64,000 nucleotides of DNA from a phage: the sequence record PZ445517.1. One strand, 5' to 3'. Under the pieces are notes generated by a model that saw only the letters and a program-made list of their open reading frames with translations, was not told where the DNA came from and did not search any database. Each line of letters opens with the position of its first letter. The first letter of the stretch is position 1. Of the stretch, positions 43,560-53,035 are shown piece after piece. A program made the translations under genes and the position numbers.

Positions 43560-45376
43560 TACTGGCTCATCCATTCTTTACGAAGGTCAGCATTATCTCC
43601 CATGAGCATTTCAAAAAGCTCTTTCCAATTCTCAGGAAGTTTAACAACATCATAAACTGGGTTTTGAATCATCTCACGATATTCAGATTTTTCCAAAGAG
43701 CCAAGTCCTTTAATATAACGGATGCTATGTTTAGGTAGAGCATCTTTGGCACTCTCATATTCAGCGACTGTATAAAACCATTCTTGTTTTTTACCGACCT
43801 GAGCGATGATTACAGGAGTTTTGACAAAGCGAATTCTTCCTTGTTCAAAAAGTTCTGGCCAATTACTAAAAAATCCGAGCAGAGAAGGATAAATGCTTCC
43901 TAGACCATCGTGGTCAGCATCGGTCATAATAGCAATATTATGATAATTCAAGTTTTCAGCTTTTTCACCAAGAACTAATCCAGTGATTGCACAAATATCA
44001 AACAGTTCTTTGTTTTTAAGCATATCAGCATATGACATACCCCAACTGTTAAGAACTTTACCACGTAATGGATAACCACCATGAAGTTCTTTATCACGAA
44101 CATCAATAAGATATCCGATAGCAGAATCACCCTCAGTCAAGAAAAGAGTAGTGTCAGCATCTTTACCACAAAGATTCGCTTTAATATGTTTATGAACCTT
44201 AGCTTTAGAAGCCTTTTTAGCTGCTTTAGTTTCTGCTGCTTTTTCTGCCGCCAATTTACGAGCCAAGGCAGCTTCAATAATTGGCATTAAAATTGCTTCA
44301 TTATTTAAAATAGCACGTGAAATCTTTTTAGCATCAAGCTGAATATGACTACGAATTTCACCAAATGGAGAAGTCAAACGCTCTTTAGTCTGAGAGTCAA
44401 ATCGCATGTTTTTCATATCACGAACAAACATAACGATAGTCAAACATTCTTTAACACGTGCTTTAGTTACATCAATTTTGAACTTACGTTTGATTTGTGG
44501 AATAAGGTCTTCACAAATATCATCCATAACACAGTCAATGTGATGGCCACCATTCTTAGTATGAATGTTATTGACGTACGTTAATTGACGAAAACCATCC
44601 GGCGAACGACCAACCGCAATAGAACAGTTTTCTTGTTCTTGAACGATAGCATGCTCATCATATTGGCGTGCATATTTCTTAAAATTACCCTGAACCTTTT
44701 TACCATTAAAGGTAAATTGAATATCAGGATAAACTACTGCAAGTGTCTGGAGACGATCTAGTGTAATGTCAAGATAAACTTGAGATAGCTCATTAGTTTC
44801 AAATGACATAAAATCAGGAATGAAAGTAACGCGAGTTCCTTTCCATTTTCCAGGAATATCTTCCCACGATTTATTTTCCATGCCGTTTGAACAACGAACT
44901 ACAATATTATTTTGACCGTCGCCAGTTTCACCGACAAACATCACAGAAAAAATGTTAGTTAAACTAGAACCAACACCATTCATACCACCGGTGACGCGTT
45001 CTTTATCATCACCAAAGTTACCACCTGCTTTTGGAATAGTCCAGGCAGCAACTGGACCAGGAATTTCTTCACCAGTAGGTGTTTTAACCATCGCCTGTGG
45101 AATACCACGACCGTTATCTTCAACTGTTACTTGATTGTTTTTGATAGTAACATTAATTTTATTTGCGAATTTAAACTTAGTACGAATACCTTCATCTACT
45201 GAGTTATCGATAATTTCATCAATAAGCTTAACAAGACCAGGTACATACTGAACACTTTCCCATTTACCAAACAGAAAGCGCTCATGCATTTCATTAGCAG
45301 AAGAGCCAATATACATGCCGCTACGCTTTTTGATATGTTCAATATCGCTCAGAATTTTAATTTCATTCTTAATCAT
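43559..45376 (-). CDS. 39: DNA topoisomerase II large subunit (GyrB-like), single unsplit gene (T4 gp39+gp60 equivalent)
   Basis: 605 aa from second ATG (MIKNEIKILSDIEHIKKRSGMYIGSS...); ATPase and TOPRIM regions continuous in one ORF. Confidence 0.9.
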   Translation of the reverse strand: MIKNEIKILSDIEHIKKRSGMYIGSSANEMHERFLFGKWESVQYVPGLVKLIDEIIDNSVDEGIRTKFKFANKINVTIKNNQVTVEDNGRGIPQAMVKTPTGEEIPGPVAAWTIPKAGGNFGDDKERVTGGMNGVGSSLTNIFSVMFVGETGDGQNNIVVRCSNGMENKSWEDIPGKWKGTRVTFIPDFMSFETNELSQVYLDITLDRLQTLAVVYPDIQFTFNGKKVQGNFKKYARQYDEHAIVQEQENCSIAVGRSPDGFRQLTYVNNIHTKNGGHHIDCVMDDICEDLIPQIKRKFKIDVTKARVKECLTIVMFVRDMKNMRFDSQTKERLTSPFGEIRSHIQLDAKKISRAILNNEAILMPIIEAALARKLAAEKAAETKAAKKASKAKVHKHIKANLCGKDADTTLFLTEGDSAIGYLIDVRDKELHGGYPLRGKVLNSWGMSYADMLKNKELFDICAITGLVLGEKAENLNYHNIAIMTDADHDGLGSIYPSLLGFFSNWPELFEQGRIRFVKTPVIIAQVGKKQEWFYTVAEYESAKDALPKHSIRYIKGLGSLEKSEYREMIQNPVYDVVKLPENWKELFEMLMGDNADLRKEWMSQ

Positions 45377-45445
45377 CACTTATCCTCGTTTGGTTTCGGG
45401 AATATTATACTCCGGTAATCATAAAGCTAAAGGCCCGAAGGCCTT

Positions 45446-45718
45446 TTATTTAAAACGGATAGTCGAATCCTTGAAAAATAGACCAGAACATACTGTTCCT
45501 TCTACTTTCTGCCCGGTAGGTCCAATAGCACGAAATCCAGTATGTTGGAAATCATTTTCAGAGCAACCGAACCAATTATATCCAGTGATTTCAATATTAG
45601 TAAAACCGCTTGAAGACAAAACTTTGGTTGCATTATCAGCATCAGTACATCCTACTAAAGATACTGCTAATACTAATGCCGCGATAGAACGATTAACATA
45701 TTTCATAATTTCACTCAA
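45446..45718 (-). CDS. putative lipoprotein
   Basis: Signal peptide with lipobox LVGC; 90 aa; more convincing than the overlapping plus-strand ORF. Confidence 0.5.
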   Translation of the reverse strand: MSEIMKYVNRSIAALVLAVSLVGCTDADNATKVLSSSGFTNIEITGYNWFGCSENDFQHTGFRAIGPTGQKVEGTVCSGLFFKDSTIRFK

Positions 45719-46082
45719 ATTTAATGGCTTGAAGGAGACTAATAATTCTCAAGCGACTTCTTTCATCTTTAACTGTAAAAGAAAGAGGGTCGCCAGATTT
45801 CATAGTGATAGTGCATTCAAAATCAAAATCTTCAGGAACTTCTTCGAAGAAGTCAAATTCTTCATCATAAATTAGAACATTACTCTGAAAACTGTGAAGA
45901 ATTTTTCCATCATTTCCAGATGCTGTACTAATCATTGTAACATTATGGCCTTTCATATCTTCAACGATAAATTCGCTTGTAGATATTACGGCATTAATAG
46001 AACCATTCCTATAAATAGAAGAAAGTAGATATTTCTTTTCTTCACCTTCGCGAACACGATATTTCTTACCAATTTTAAACAT
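45711..46082 (-). CDS. hypothetical protein
   Basis: 123-aa ORF. Confidence 0.4.
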   Translation of the reverse strand: MFKIGKKYRVREGEEKKYLLSSIYRNGSINAVISTSEFIVEDMKGHNVTMISTASGNDGKILHSFQSNVLIYDEEFDFFEEVPEDFDFECTITMKSGDPLSFTVKDERSRLRIISLLQAIKFE

Positions 46083-46084
46083 AA

Positions 46085-46261
46085 TTACCCTTTAAGTAAG
46101 TCGTAAAATCCACCATTCACATGCTTAGGAGCAGAAGGCCGACGAGTAGACAAACGATGACATTTAGGGCAAACATCATTTTCTCGTTCAGAAATCTTTT
46201 TAATTTTTTCATATTCATGCCCGCAATCTTCGGATTGGCATTTATAATCATACATTGGCAT
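46085..46261 (-). CDS. small zinc-ribbon protein (FmdB-like)
   Basis: 58 aa decoded by hand: MPMYDYKCQSEDCGHEYE...CPKCH; two CxxC pairs and MPxYxYxC start typical of FmdB-family zinc ribbons. Confidence 0.45.
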   Translation of the reverse strand: MPMYDYKCQSEDCGHEYEKIKKISERENDVCPKCHRLSTRRPSAPKHVNGGFYDLLKG

Positions 46262-46263
46262 AA

Positions 46264-46683
46264 TTATTCCTTAAAGTGTGCTTTCAACATCTGATACAAG
46301 GACCATGCTTGTTCATTATTTTCAATAGTAACTTTCATTACCGGGAATTCTGTGAAATCTTCTATTTGTTCTTGCTCTTCCTGCTCTTGTTCTTCAGCTG
46401 CCTGGTATGGATTTTCAACTTCATCAAAGAACCCAGCTTCACTTTTTGAAAGCCAAATAAAGTCTTCATCCAAAACATCTTTATCAGGAGATAGTACTAA
46501 ATTTCCAGTAGATGACAAAATTTTAATAGGACGCCCAAGAGCGTCCACATCTAAAATTTTAAAAGGATACATACCTAAACGGCGCGCATAAATTCCGTTA
46601 TTAATATGGTCTTTAATAAAATTTTCTTGAGCTTGTTTATTTTTAAATTGATACCATTTATTAACTTCAAATCTAATAGCCAT
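46264..46683 (-). CDS. hypothetical acidic protein (goF position)
   Basis: 139-aa ORF with [10 protein letters not shown] acidic stretch; size and position match T4 goF (141 aa). Confidence 0.45.
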   Translation of the reverse strand: MAIRFEVNKWYQFKNKQAQENFIKDHINNGIYARRLGMYPFKILDVDALGRPIKILSSTGNLVLSPDKDVLDEDFIWLSKSEAGFFDEVENPYQAAEEQEQEEQEQIEDFTEFPVMKVTIENNEQAWSLYQMLKAHFKE

Positions 46684-46898
46684 TAATAAATTTCCTTCCA
46701 GTAAGTTGTGCCATCTTCAGTAATTTCACGAAATACGCCGTAAATTGGCTGTTTATCACCAACCTTTTCATAAACATAAACCGAAGTCAAGTGAGTAAAC
46801 TTAATGGTGTGTTCCTTTTGAACCACTACCAAATCTGGATCGAATAATACATCTTCAAATTCGTCATTAGTGCATTTCTGAACAGTTTTACGTTTCAT
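46683..46898 (-). CDS. hypothetical protein (cef position)
   Basis: 71 aa, same length as T4 Cef; position-based. Confidence 0.4.
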   Translation of the reverse strand: MKRKTVQKCTNDEFEDVLFDPDLVVVQKEHTIKFTHLTSVYVYEKVGDKQPIYGVFREITEDGTTYWKEIY

Positions 46899-46997
46899 TA
46901 CAATTTCCTCATTAATTGAACAGTGGAGCGATGCGTTTCAGAAGAGTAGCAGCACCTTTGGCAAATTTTCCATTTTATTCTCCAAGTTGTTTTCTGT

Positions 46998-47068
46998 ATC
47001 AGTAGTTGATATTGATATAGTACCATAATCAACTACTGATGTATATAGTTTTATGAAAAAAAAAAAAA
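46998..47068 (-). repeat. degenerate promoter cassette with 13-bp inverted repeat and A13/T13 homopolymer
   Basis: ATCAGTAGTTGAT (46998-47010) and its reverse complement (47028-47040) flank ATTGATATAGTACCATA; A13 run at 47056-47068. Confidence 0.6.
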
Positions 47069-47076
47069 TTTAAACT

Positions 47077-47574
47077 TTATGCACAGCGAGCTTTGCTATA
47101 GTGTTTAATCCAACTTTCAGGAATGACTTTGTATGTTCCTAAAAATACCGCGTTGTACAACTTAACGCCATCTTCTACCCATTGATCGGTAATGTATGCA
47201 CACATAGCACGAGTACGATGTTTTTGAACAACCCCTTCCTCATCTTCGGTAAATTCGAATTCATAAGGAGCAATGAACTTAATAGCCTGACCGAGTTTCC
47301 ACTTAAAGTCTACACCTACATGCGAAGTATCAATCGTTTCAATTCCTTTAGCAGGAACAGCTTTCAAAAACGCAGACTCAAGAAATTTCGCACGAACATA
47401 GCCAAACTGAGGTTTAGACTTTCCATCTTTAGGAATGATACGCACTTTTACTTCAGAATCTTCATCTTTAACACCATGTTTAAGCTGAATGCTTACAATT
47501 TCAACCAATTTTCCTGCTGCTTTAGAACGGGATTTATCAGATACACGAGCAATTTCACCAATATTAATAATCAT
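47077..47574 (-). CDS. MotB-like protein
   Basis: 165 aa (T4 MotB 162); own promoter at 47619-47648; paralogous to the next ORF. Confidence 0.5.
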   Translation of the reverse strand: MIINIGEIARVSDKSRSKAAGKLVEIVSIQLKHGVKDEDSEVKVRIIPKDGKSKPQFGYVRAKFLESAFLKAVPAKGIETIDTSHVGVDFKWKLGQAIKFIAPYEFEFTEDEEGVVQKHRTRAMCAYITDQWVEDGVKLYNAVFLGTYKVIPESWIKHYSKARCA

Positions 47575-47618
47575 AGTTATCTCTCACTTGTTAAAAAGAT
47601 TTTATACTCCACGGGACC

Positions 47619-47648
47619 ATTATACTCTGGTCCCAAGAGTTTGTAAAC
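47619..47648 (-). promoter_or_regulatory. phage early promoter upstream of MotB-like gene
   Basis: GTTTACA + 17 bp + TATAAT; -10 lies in loop between inverted repeats GGGACCA/TGGTCCC. Confidence 0.45.
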
Positions 47649-47650
47649 TA

Positions 47651-48190
47651 TTAATTTAAAATAGCTACCACCGCACTACGAGGTACTACACTAAAATCAC
47701 CTGCATGAACAACGTTCAGAAGTTCAACACCATCTTCAATCCATTGGTCTGTTACCCAACCACAGACCGAAATAAATGGAGTCTTGATAGCTACCGCACG
47801 AGTTAGAAGGTCAGTAGGATCGCATTCTTGAAAGAGGATGAACTCTGCTTCAAAAACTATAGTTTTAATTACTTCATCATTATCTAAACGGTGCACTCGA
47901 ATCACGTAAGCTTTATTCTTATCATGCCAGTTACTTTTTGAAAAGCTTTTAACCACAAACTCGCCTTCACCAAAAACATTAGTCAATGCTTTATAACCCA
48001 AATTTAGTTCAGTAGTTTTAATTTCAGTTTCAGCCAGTTTGTAGATTTTGCCGATTTCAATAGCGGTAGTCATAGTAGGTTCCTTAATTTCCAGTGGTTT
48101 AACAGGGCATACATAAGTGCTTACAACATCAAAATCAATCAGTTTAGCTACCGGATTTGGTATGTATTCAGGATTATAATTAAATTTCAT
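47651..48190 (-). CDS. paralogue of MotB-like protein
   Basis: 179 aa; C-terminal VTDQWIEDGVELLNVVHAG aligns with ITDQWVEDGVKLYNAVFLG of the MotB-like ORF. Confidence 0.45.
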   Translation of the reverse strand: MKFNYNPEYIPNPVAKLIDFDVVSTYVCPVKPLEIKEPTMTTAIEIGKIYKLAETEIKTTELNLGYKALTNVFGEGEFVVKSFSKSNWHDKNKAYVIRVHRLDNDEVIKTIVFEAEFILFQECDPTDLLTRAVAIKTPFISVCGWVTDQWIEDGVELLNVVHAGDFSVVPRSAVVAILN

Positions 48191-48192
48191 AA

Positions 48193-48693
48193 TTATCTCA
48201 TTTCAATAAAATCTATGAGTTCAGCATGCGATTTGCGGAACATTACTTGGTGCCCGCCAATGATAACTTCATCTTCAGGAACTTCGTATACAGCGAGATA
48301 AAATCCTTTAGAAGATAATTCTTCCCGCTCTTCTCGTGTGAACCATCTCATCATATCATATTCACTAGCGAAAGCAAAATGATAAAGAGCTATAAACCAC
48401 CCTGGAATATGATATTCTACTCCAACATAATCTTTCTTGAACTTAGTATTAATTACTATATTAGCGTTTTTAACTAATAGTTTATCTTCGTGTGGTAAAG
48501 GAATTCTTTTATTATTATCGCTATGATGCATAAAATTAGGTCTGTCATAACCTACGTGTAATAGCCACTCTTCGCTCCATGAATCTATTATACTCCTGTA
48601 CGGCGTTATTTGAACACAAAGATTTCGACGTATTGTTATAGCATCTTCATAATCAAGAATACTAAACGATGATTCAACACGATAAATTTTCAT
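48193..48693 (-). CDS. hypothetical protein
   Basis: ATG at 48693 with GAGGA RBS, downstream of promoter 48721-48750; track ORF start (48732) lies upstream of the predicted transcript start. Confidence 0.4.
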   Translation of the reverse strand: MKIYRVESSFSILDYEDAITIRRNLCVQITPYRSIIDSWSEEWLLHVGYDRPNFMHHSDNNKRIPLPHEDKLLVKNANIVINTKFKKDYVGVEYHIPGWFIALYHFAFASEYDMMRWFTREEREELSSKGFYLAVYEVPEDEVIIGGHQVMFRKSHAELIDFIEMR

Positions 48694-48720
48694 TTTATTA
48701 TCCTCAGTAGCTATGGTGTT

Positions 48721-48750
48721 ATAATACCACAACTAACTGAGGAAGTAAAC
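48721..48750 (-). promoter_or_regulatory. phage early promoter
   Basis: GTTTAC + TGGTATTAT on minus strand. Confidence 0.45.
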
Positions 48751-48756
48751 AACTTT

Positions 48757-49440
48757 TTATCGTTTTGTTGGAAGAGACAGAGGATCGCATTCTTCCTCTG
48801 ATGGAGCATCTTCAAGACCCATAGCATAGCGCAAAGCATACTTCATCATCAGGATGTCTTTCGCACAGTCATGAATAGAATCATGTGCAACGAATCCATC
48901 TAAAGTTCCCTTTGGAAGAGGACACGTGGTCATATCACGAACAAGGAGAAGTGCTTCAATTCTGGTACGAATATCACGCTGATTCCAGAATTTACATGGT
49001 TCTAACTTAAATGTGTCAAGTTCATTCTCAGAAACGCCATTAAGACGTTGAATATCGCGAATGAGATCGACTAAAATTGGAAAATCAAACGACATTCCAC
49101 GACACCAGCCTTGAGATTTCCAAGGATCGATATTATGCGCATTGATATAATCATTAAATTTTACAATACCATCGATAGTGCTTACATCTTCATCTGATGG
49201 TGCAATATTTTTTCGAGCTTCAGGAGATTGGTTTTTCCACCATTCAATGGTGCTTTTAGTAAAAAGACGATGTCCTTTTTGACTTTTTAAGTCAAATTTA
49301 ATTTTAATGCCACGTGAAACTAATTCATCAAATGTTTCAACCACTTCTGGGTTAGGGTCAAAGGCAATAACAGCCAAATCAATAACAGCTGCTTTTTCAC
49401 CGCTTCCCATTGTTTCAAAATCTATAATAAAATCAAACAT
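48757..49440 (-). CDS. dexA: exonuclease A (DEDD 3'-5' exonuclease)
   Basis: 227 aa (T4 DexA 227), N-terminal DFETMG exonuclease motif. Confidence 0.85.
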   Translation of the reverse strand: MFDFIIDFETMGSGEKAAVIDLAVIAFDPNPEVVETFDELVSRGIKIKFDLKSQKGHRLFTKSTIEWWKNQSPEARKNIAPSDEDVSTIDGIVKFNDYINAHNIDPWKSQGWCRGMSFDFPILVDLIRDIQRLNGVSENELDTFKLEPCKFWNQRDIRTRIEALLLVRDMTTCPLPKGTLDGFVAHDSIHDCAKDILMMKYALRYAMGLEDAPSEEECDPLSLPTKR

Positions 49441-49715
49441 TAAATTTTCCTCGCTAAATCGCGAATTTGACCTACAGTATAATCTTGGATATAAACTTTA
49501 TTAATGGGCTCATCAATAAATTTTGCCATAGATTCAATATCTTTTTGTATCTCTTCAAGACTGTATACTATCTTTGAAGCTTTTTCGCAAATAGTAACAT
49601 TATCAGGTCCTGGATTTTCCTCAATGACAGCTTTAACATTTGTCATAAGAGATTTAAACTGATGCAAACTTAATTCAATCATTAATAACCGCCTTATAAA
49701 GATGGCTAATTTCAC
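49440..49715 (-). CDS. hypothetical protein
   Basis: 91-aa ORF between dexA and dda. Confidence 0.4.
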   Translation of the reverse strand: MKLAIFIRRLLMIELSLHQFKSLMTNVKAVIEENPGPDNVTICEKASKIVYSLEEIQKDIESMAKFIDEPINKVYIQDYTVGQIRDLARKI

Positions 49716-49935
49716 CTAAAACGTAATCACTGATTGTAACAGTTTTCACTTCACCACAAAAGAATTCTAACGCAATCAAATCTCGTTCAATTTCTTCCAA
49801 TTGAAGCATTAACTTGCCTGATTCAATTTTCACGTTTTTGCGATTTTTACTATAAGCTATTTCATATATTTCGCTCACTTTATCTTGAAGTAGATAAAAC
49901 TGGTCTTTAGTTATTTCCACGAATAGCTTCCTCAA
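49675..49935 (-). CDS. hypothetical protein
   Basis: 86-aa ORF; overlaps previous ORF, start approximate. Confidence 0.35.
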   Translation of the reverse strand: MRKLFVEITKDQFYLLQDKVSEIYEIAYSKNRKNVKIESGKLMLQLEEIERDLIALEFFCGEVKTVTISDYVLGEISHLYKAVIND

Positions 49936-49941
49936 ATTTAA

Positions 49942-51261
49942 TCATACATAAAACACATCATAACGACCACGTGTTACACCAACATAAAGAAGCTGCTGAG
50001 CTAGTTCAGCATCTGCATAATGAATGCAAGGTGTATAAATGAAAGCACGATCTACAGACATGCCCTGAGCTTTATGGAATGTTGATGCAGGAAGTGCTTT
50101 CACTTTACTAAACTGTGATTTAGCATCCCAAAAATCACTCCACGGAGCTTTTCCACCTTTATTCCAATTTTTATAAGTTTCTGCCGTTTTACCTAAAAAT
50201 AAGTTAAACTTATACAGCTCTTCATCAGATGAAATTATTTTAATCTTTTCACGATAATATTCATCATCGCCGTAAGTTTCTACTGTTAAATCCCAATGAC
50301 GAATTAGATATTCTCCGGGAACACCACGAGCTTTAACAAATGTTGATGTATACTCTGCTTCTATAATACGAACTAATTGTCCATTATTAAAAATAATTTC
50401 TGACACAGGCTTTCCATCAATTTTATATGTTTTAATTAATGGTTCCTGCATTACAATAATTTCACCAACGATAAAATCTTTATCAGTTTCAAAAATCTTT
50501 TTGCGAATAATGCTATTTAACTTATCAACAGATTTATTCGTAAATGCCATTACGCGATTTTCAAACAAATCATCTAGCGATTTGACGATTGAAAAATAAT
50601 TTACCATAAAATCGCGTAAAGCGGTATCACCAGTAAATCCACGTACTCCATGCCCGTCAACAATTTTATCATAAATCCACTTACCGTTGCGAACATCAGT
50701 AGCTACATCAATAATAGGAGCATTACTGCGTTTAACTTCAGTGAGTTCACATTGATAAAAATCTTTGTGCGTAAAGAATGGACTGATATAAGCAGTGTTT
50801 TCTCCTGGGTCAACAGGTCTAATTTGCTTATTATCGCCTATTCCAATTATAGTACACCACGGCGGGATAGTTGAAAGCAGAATTTTAAATAGCTTTCTAT
50901 CATACATTGACACTTCGTCGCAGATTAATACCCTGCATTTAGCTAAATCTGGTACTTCTTTTTGTTCAAAAAGAACGTTTTCTTCATATGTTACTGGGTT
51001 AATTTTGAGAATACTGTGAATAGTACTCGCTTCTTTCCCCGACAGTTTTGAAAGAATCTTTTTAGCTGCATGAGTAGGAGCTGCTAAAATAATTCCAGTT
51101 TCGCCCGTAGATATTAAAGCTTCAATGATGAACTTAGTAAGAGTAGTCTTACCAGTACCAGCAGGTCCATTAATAGTTACATGATGTTTCTTTTCTTTGA
51201 TAGCCCTCATAACGATGTTAAAGGCATTTTTCTGGCCTTCGGTCAAATCATCAAATGTCAT
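49942..51261 (-). CDS. dda: Dda DNA helicase (SF1B)
   Basis: 439 aa with Walker A GPAGTGKTT; matches recalled T4 Dda. Confidence 0.95.
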   Translation of the reverse strand: MTFDDLTEGQKNAFNIVMRAIKEKKHHVTINGPAGTGKTTLTKFIIEALISTGETGIILAAPTHAAKKILSKLSGKEASTIHSILKINPVTYEENVLFEQKEVPDLAKCRVLICDEVSMYDRKLFKILLSTIPPWCTIIGIGDNKQIRPVDPGENTAYISPFFTHKDFYQCELTEVKRSNAPIIDVATDVRNGKWIYDKIVDGHGVRGFTGDTALRDFMVNYFSIVKSLDDLFENRVMAFTNKSVDKLNSIIRKKIFETDKDFIVGEIIVMQEPLIKTYKIDGKPVSEIIFNNGQLVRIIEAEYTSTFVKARGVPGEYLIRHWDLTVETYGDDEYYREKIKIISSDEELYKFNLFLGKTAETYKNWNKGGKAPWSDFWDAKSQFSKVKALPASTFHKAQGMSVDRAFIYTPCIHYADAELAQQLLYVGVTRGRYDVFYV

Positions 51262-51569
51262 CGTAAATTCCCTGCAATTGGTATACTAACAATACGCCCA
51301 GTATCTAAAATTCGCCGATATAATCTTTGTGTGTCTACATCAGGCTTAACGTGTTTAACTTCTATTTTATTAAACCAAAACTTGCGTGGAGTCTCAACTA
51401 ATCTCGGAATTCCCATACCTAAAGCTAGTTGATACTGCTCTTTAAGAGTAGTAAATACTTTATCAGCAATCTCCCTTTCAAAAAATACAGCAGGACGATG
51501 TTCATCAAGAGGAACAGGCACCGCAAATCCATCTTTATCTCTATACACTATCGCATATACATAAAACAT
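51258..51569 (-). CDS. hypothetical protein (dda.1 position)
   Basis: 103-aa ORF. Confidence 0.4.
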   Translation of the reverse strand: MFYVYAIVYRDKDGFAVPVPLDEHRPAVFFEREIADKVFTTLKEQYQLALGMGIPRLVETPRKFWFNKIEVKHVKPDVDTQRLYRRILDTGRIVSIPIAGNLR

Positions 51570-51570
51570 A

Positions 51571-52317
51571 TTATCCTCGGATAAGTTTAAAAATTGAACA
51601 ATTTAGCGGGTATCCTCTTTTCAGTTTAAGTTTATCAATAAAAGACAAGTTTTGATACCGCTCTACACCTTGAATAATTTTATCACACATATCATATTGC
51701 ATTTCTGCTTCTGACAACTTTTTCACGGTTTTCCAATCCGAGCCTTTAAGAAGAACGTTCAATTTAACAACTTCAGCGCCTTCTGCTATACGAGAACCAT
51801 CAATACGAGCTTTAAGTGCTATAATCGTTAGCTTAACGTCAGAGGTTTGTTTTGATTTAGAAAGCTGAGAAATGTGCTCAATTCGGTTTTCGCGTTTTTT
51901 CTGTATAGCTTTAATTTGATTATAAGTCTTTTTGATTTTAGCCCATTTCTTTTCATCTAAATTTAGTTTATGAACTTTTTTCGCAGATGAACGACCAATT
52001 CGCAAAGCAAATAAATCACGCTTTTCAATCAACTCTTCTAAAGTATAATCAGAACGAAATGTATTATACTTTTTCTTTACTGCAATAACATTCCCTTTAA
52101 TGTATCCAACGTTATTGTCAAAACGTTCTAATGATAATTTCTCTCCTTCAATACGATTATCAAAAGGTTCTCCCGAGTAAGCGCAAACTTTCTGATCTAA
52201 AATGTTCTTAATGTAATTGAAGTCTAAGTTAAAATCTTTAGAACGTCTTTTAGCAGATGCCTGAGTATGCTCTAAACGACGCGTAATTTTACGAATTTGA
52301 TTTTTAGACAGTTTCAT
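51571..52317 (-). CDS. Srd-like protein
   Basis: 248 aa, basic; position after dda; early promoter 52347-52376 upstream. Called on size and position only. Confidence 0.45.
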   Translation of the reverse strand: MKLSKNQIRKITRRLEHTQASAKRRSKDFNLDFNYIKNILDQKVCAYSGEPFDNRIEGEKLSLERFDNNVGYIKGNVIAVKKKYNTFRSDYTLEELIEKRDLFALRIGRSSAKKVHKLNLDEKKWAKIKKTYNQIKAIQKKRENRIEHISQLSKSKQTSDVKLTIIALKARIDGSRIAEGAEVVKLNVLLKGSDWKTVKKLSEAEMQYDMCDKIIQGVERYQNLSFIDKLKLKRGYPLNCSIFKLIRG

Positions 52318-52346
52318 ATTTTTCTCACGGACGGTTAACTACTTAT

Positions 52347-52376
52347 ACTATATCATTTTTACTTCAGCTTGTAAAC
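52347..52376 (-). promoter_or_regulatory. phage early promoter upstream of srd-like gene
   Basis: GTTTACA + 17 bp + TATAGT. Confidence 0.45.
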
Positions 52377-52432
52377 AACTTTATGAAAAATGCTTTAAAA
52401 CTTTCATGGTATAATGAATCTAAGTCCTTCCA

Positions 52433-53035
52433 TTATAGATTAAATCCTTCAAAGTCAAGAGTATAGATAGTGTATGTTGAATACTTTTTATACTCATATC
52501 TATCCGCAATTCTAAATACACTTCCAGCTGGTATCATTACTTCTTGTTCATCTGAAACTAATTCCATATTACGATAGCGATGGCTATCTGGAAACTTAAA
52601 ACTTGGACTATATTCTTTACAACGTAGAGCTTTTATAGCATACTCCTGGAAATTAAATACCATAGGAGCTTTGAATTCAAAAATAACTTGTGTATTGTAT
52701 TCTAATCCAGAAGCAAAATGTAGAGCTATATTTTTATCATATGAAGCTGATACTACTTTATCAAATGTAATAATATCAATTCCTTGATTTAATACCTGCT
52801 TAGTCTCAACTGGAACACCTCTCCAAAGAGGTTTATCGTTTGGTTCCAAACGAGATTTGATTATTTCATTTAACCAAGAATGATCGTCTGGCTTATTAGT
52901 AATACAATGAATTAAAAGTTCAATTTCGGATAAATTAAATCCTTCAGAAAGTAATTCTTCACGAATAGAAGCACGCACCGATGCATCCATTGATTTGATT
53001 TTAAAATCTTTTAATTGCATTGCTGAATATTTCAT
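52433..53035 (-). CDS. modA: ADP-ribosyltransferase ModA
   Basis: 200 aa (T4 ModA 200); called on size and position next to modB. Confidence 0.7.
   Translation of the reverse strand: MKYSAMQLKDFKIKSMDASVRASIREELLSEGFNLSEIELLIHCITNKPDDHSWLNEIIKSRLEPNDKPLWRGVPVETKQVLNQGIDIITFDKVVSASYDKNIALHFASGLEYNTQVIFEFKAPMVFNFQEYAIKALRCKEYSPSFKFPDSHRYRNMELVSDEQEVMIPAGSVFRIADRYEYKKYSTYTIYTLDFEGFNL

Noticed and set aside
43559-45376. Translational bypass (gene 60-type hop) within the topoisomerase gene
   Set aside because: The reading frame is continuous across the whole 605-aa protein; no internal stop followed by a take-off/landing codon pair.
45315-45875. Plus-strand 186-aa ORF overlapping the lipoprotein ORF
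   Set aside because: The minus-strand ORF has a clear signal peptide and lipobox and fits the operon orientation; the plus ORF spans the gene 39 start and an intergenic hairpin.
18902-47040. Possible CRISPR array suggested by the repeated ATAGTTGTATAGTACCAC elements
   Set aside because: Copies are kilobases apart, sit in intergenic promoter positions with -35/-10 structure, and have no regular repeat-spacer spacing; they are promoter cassettes.
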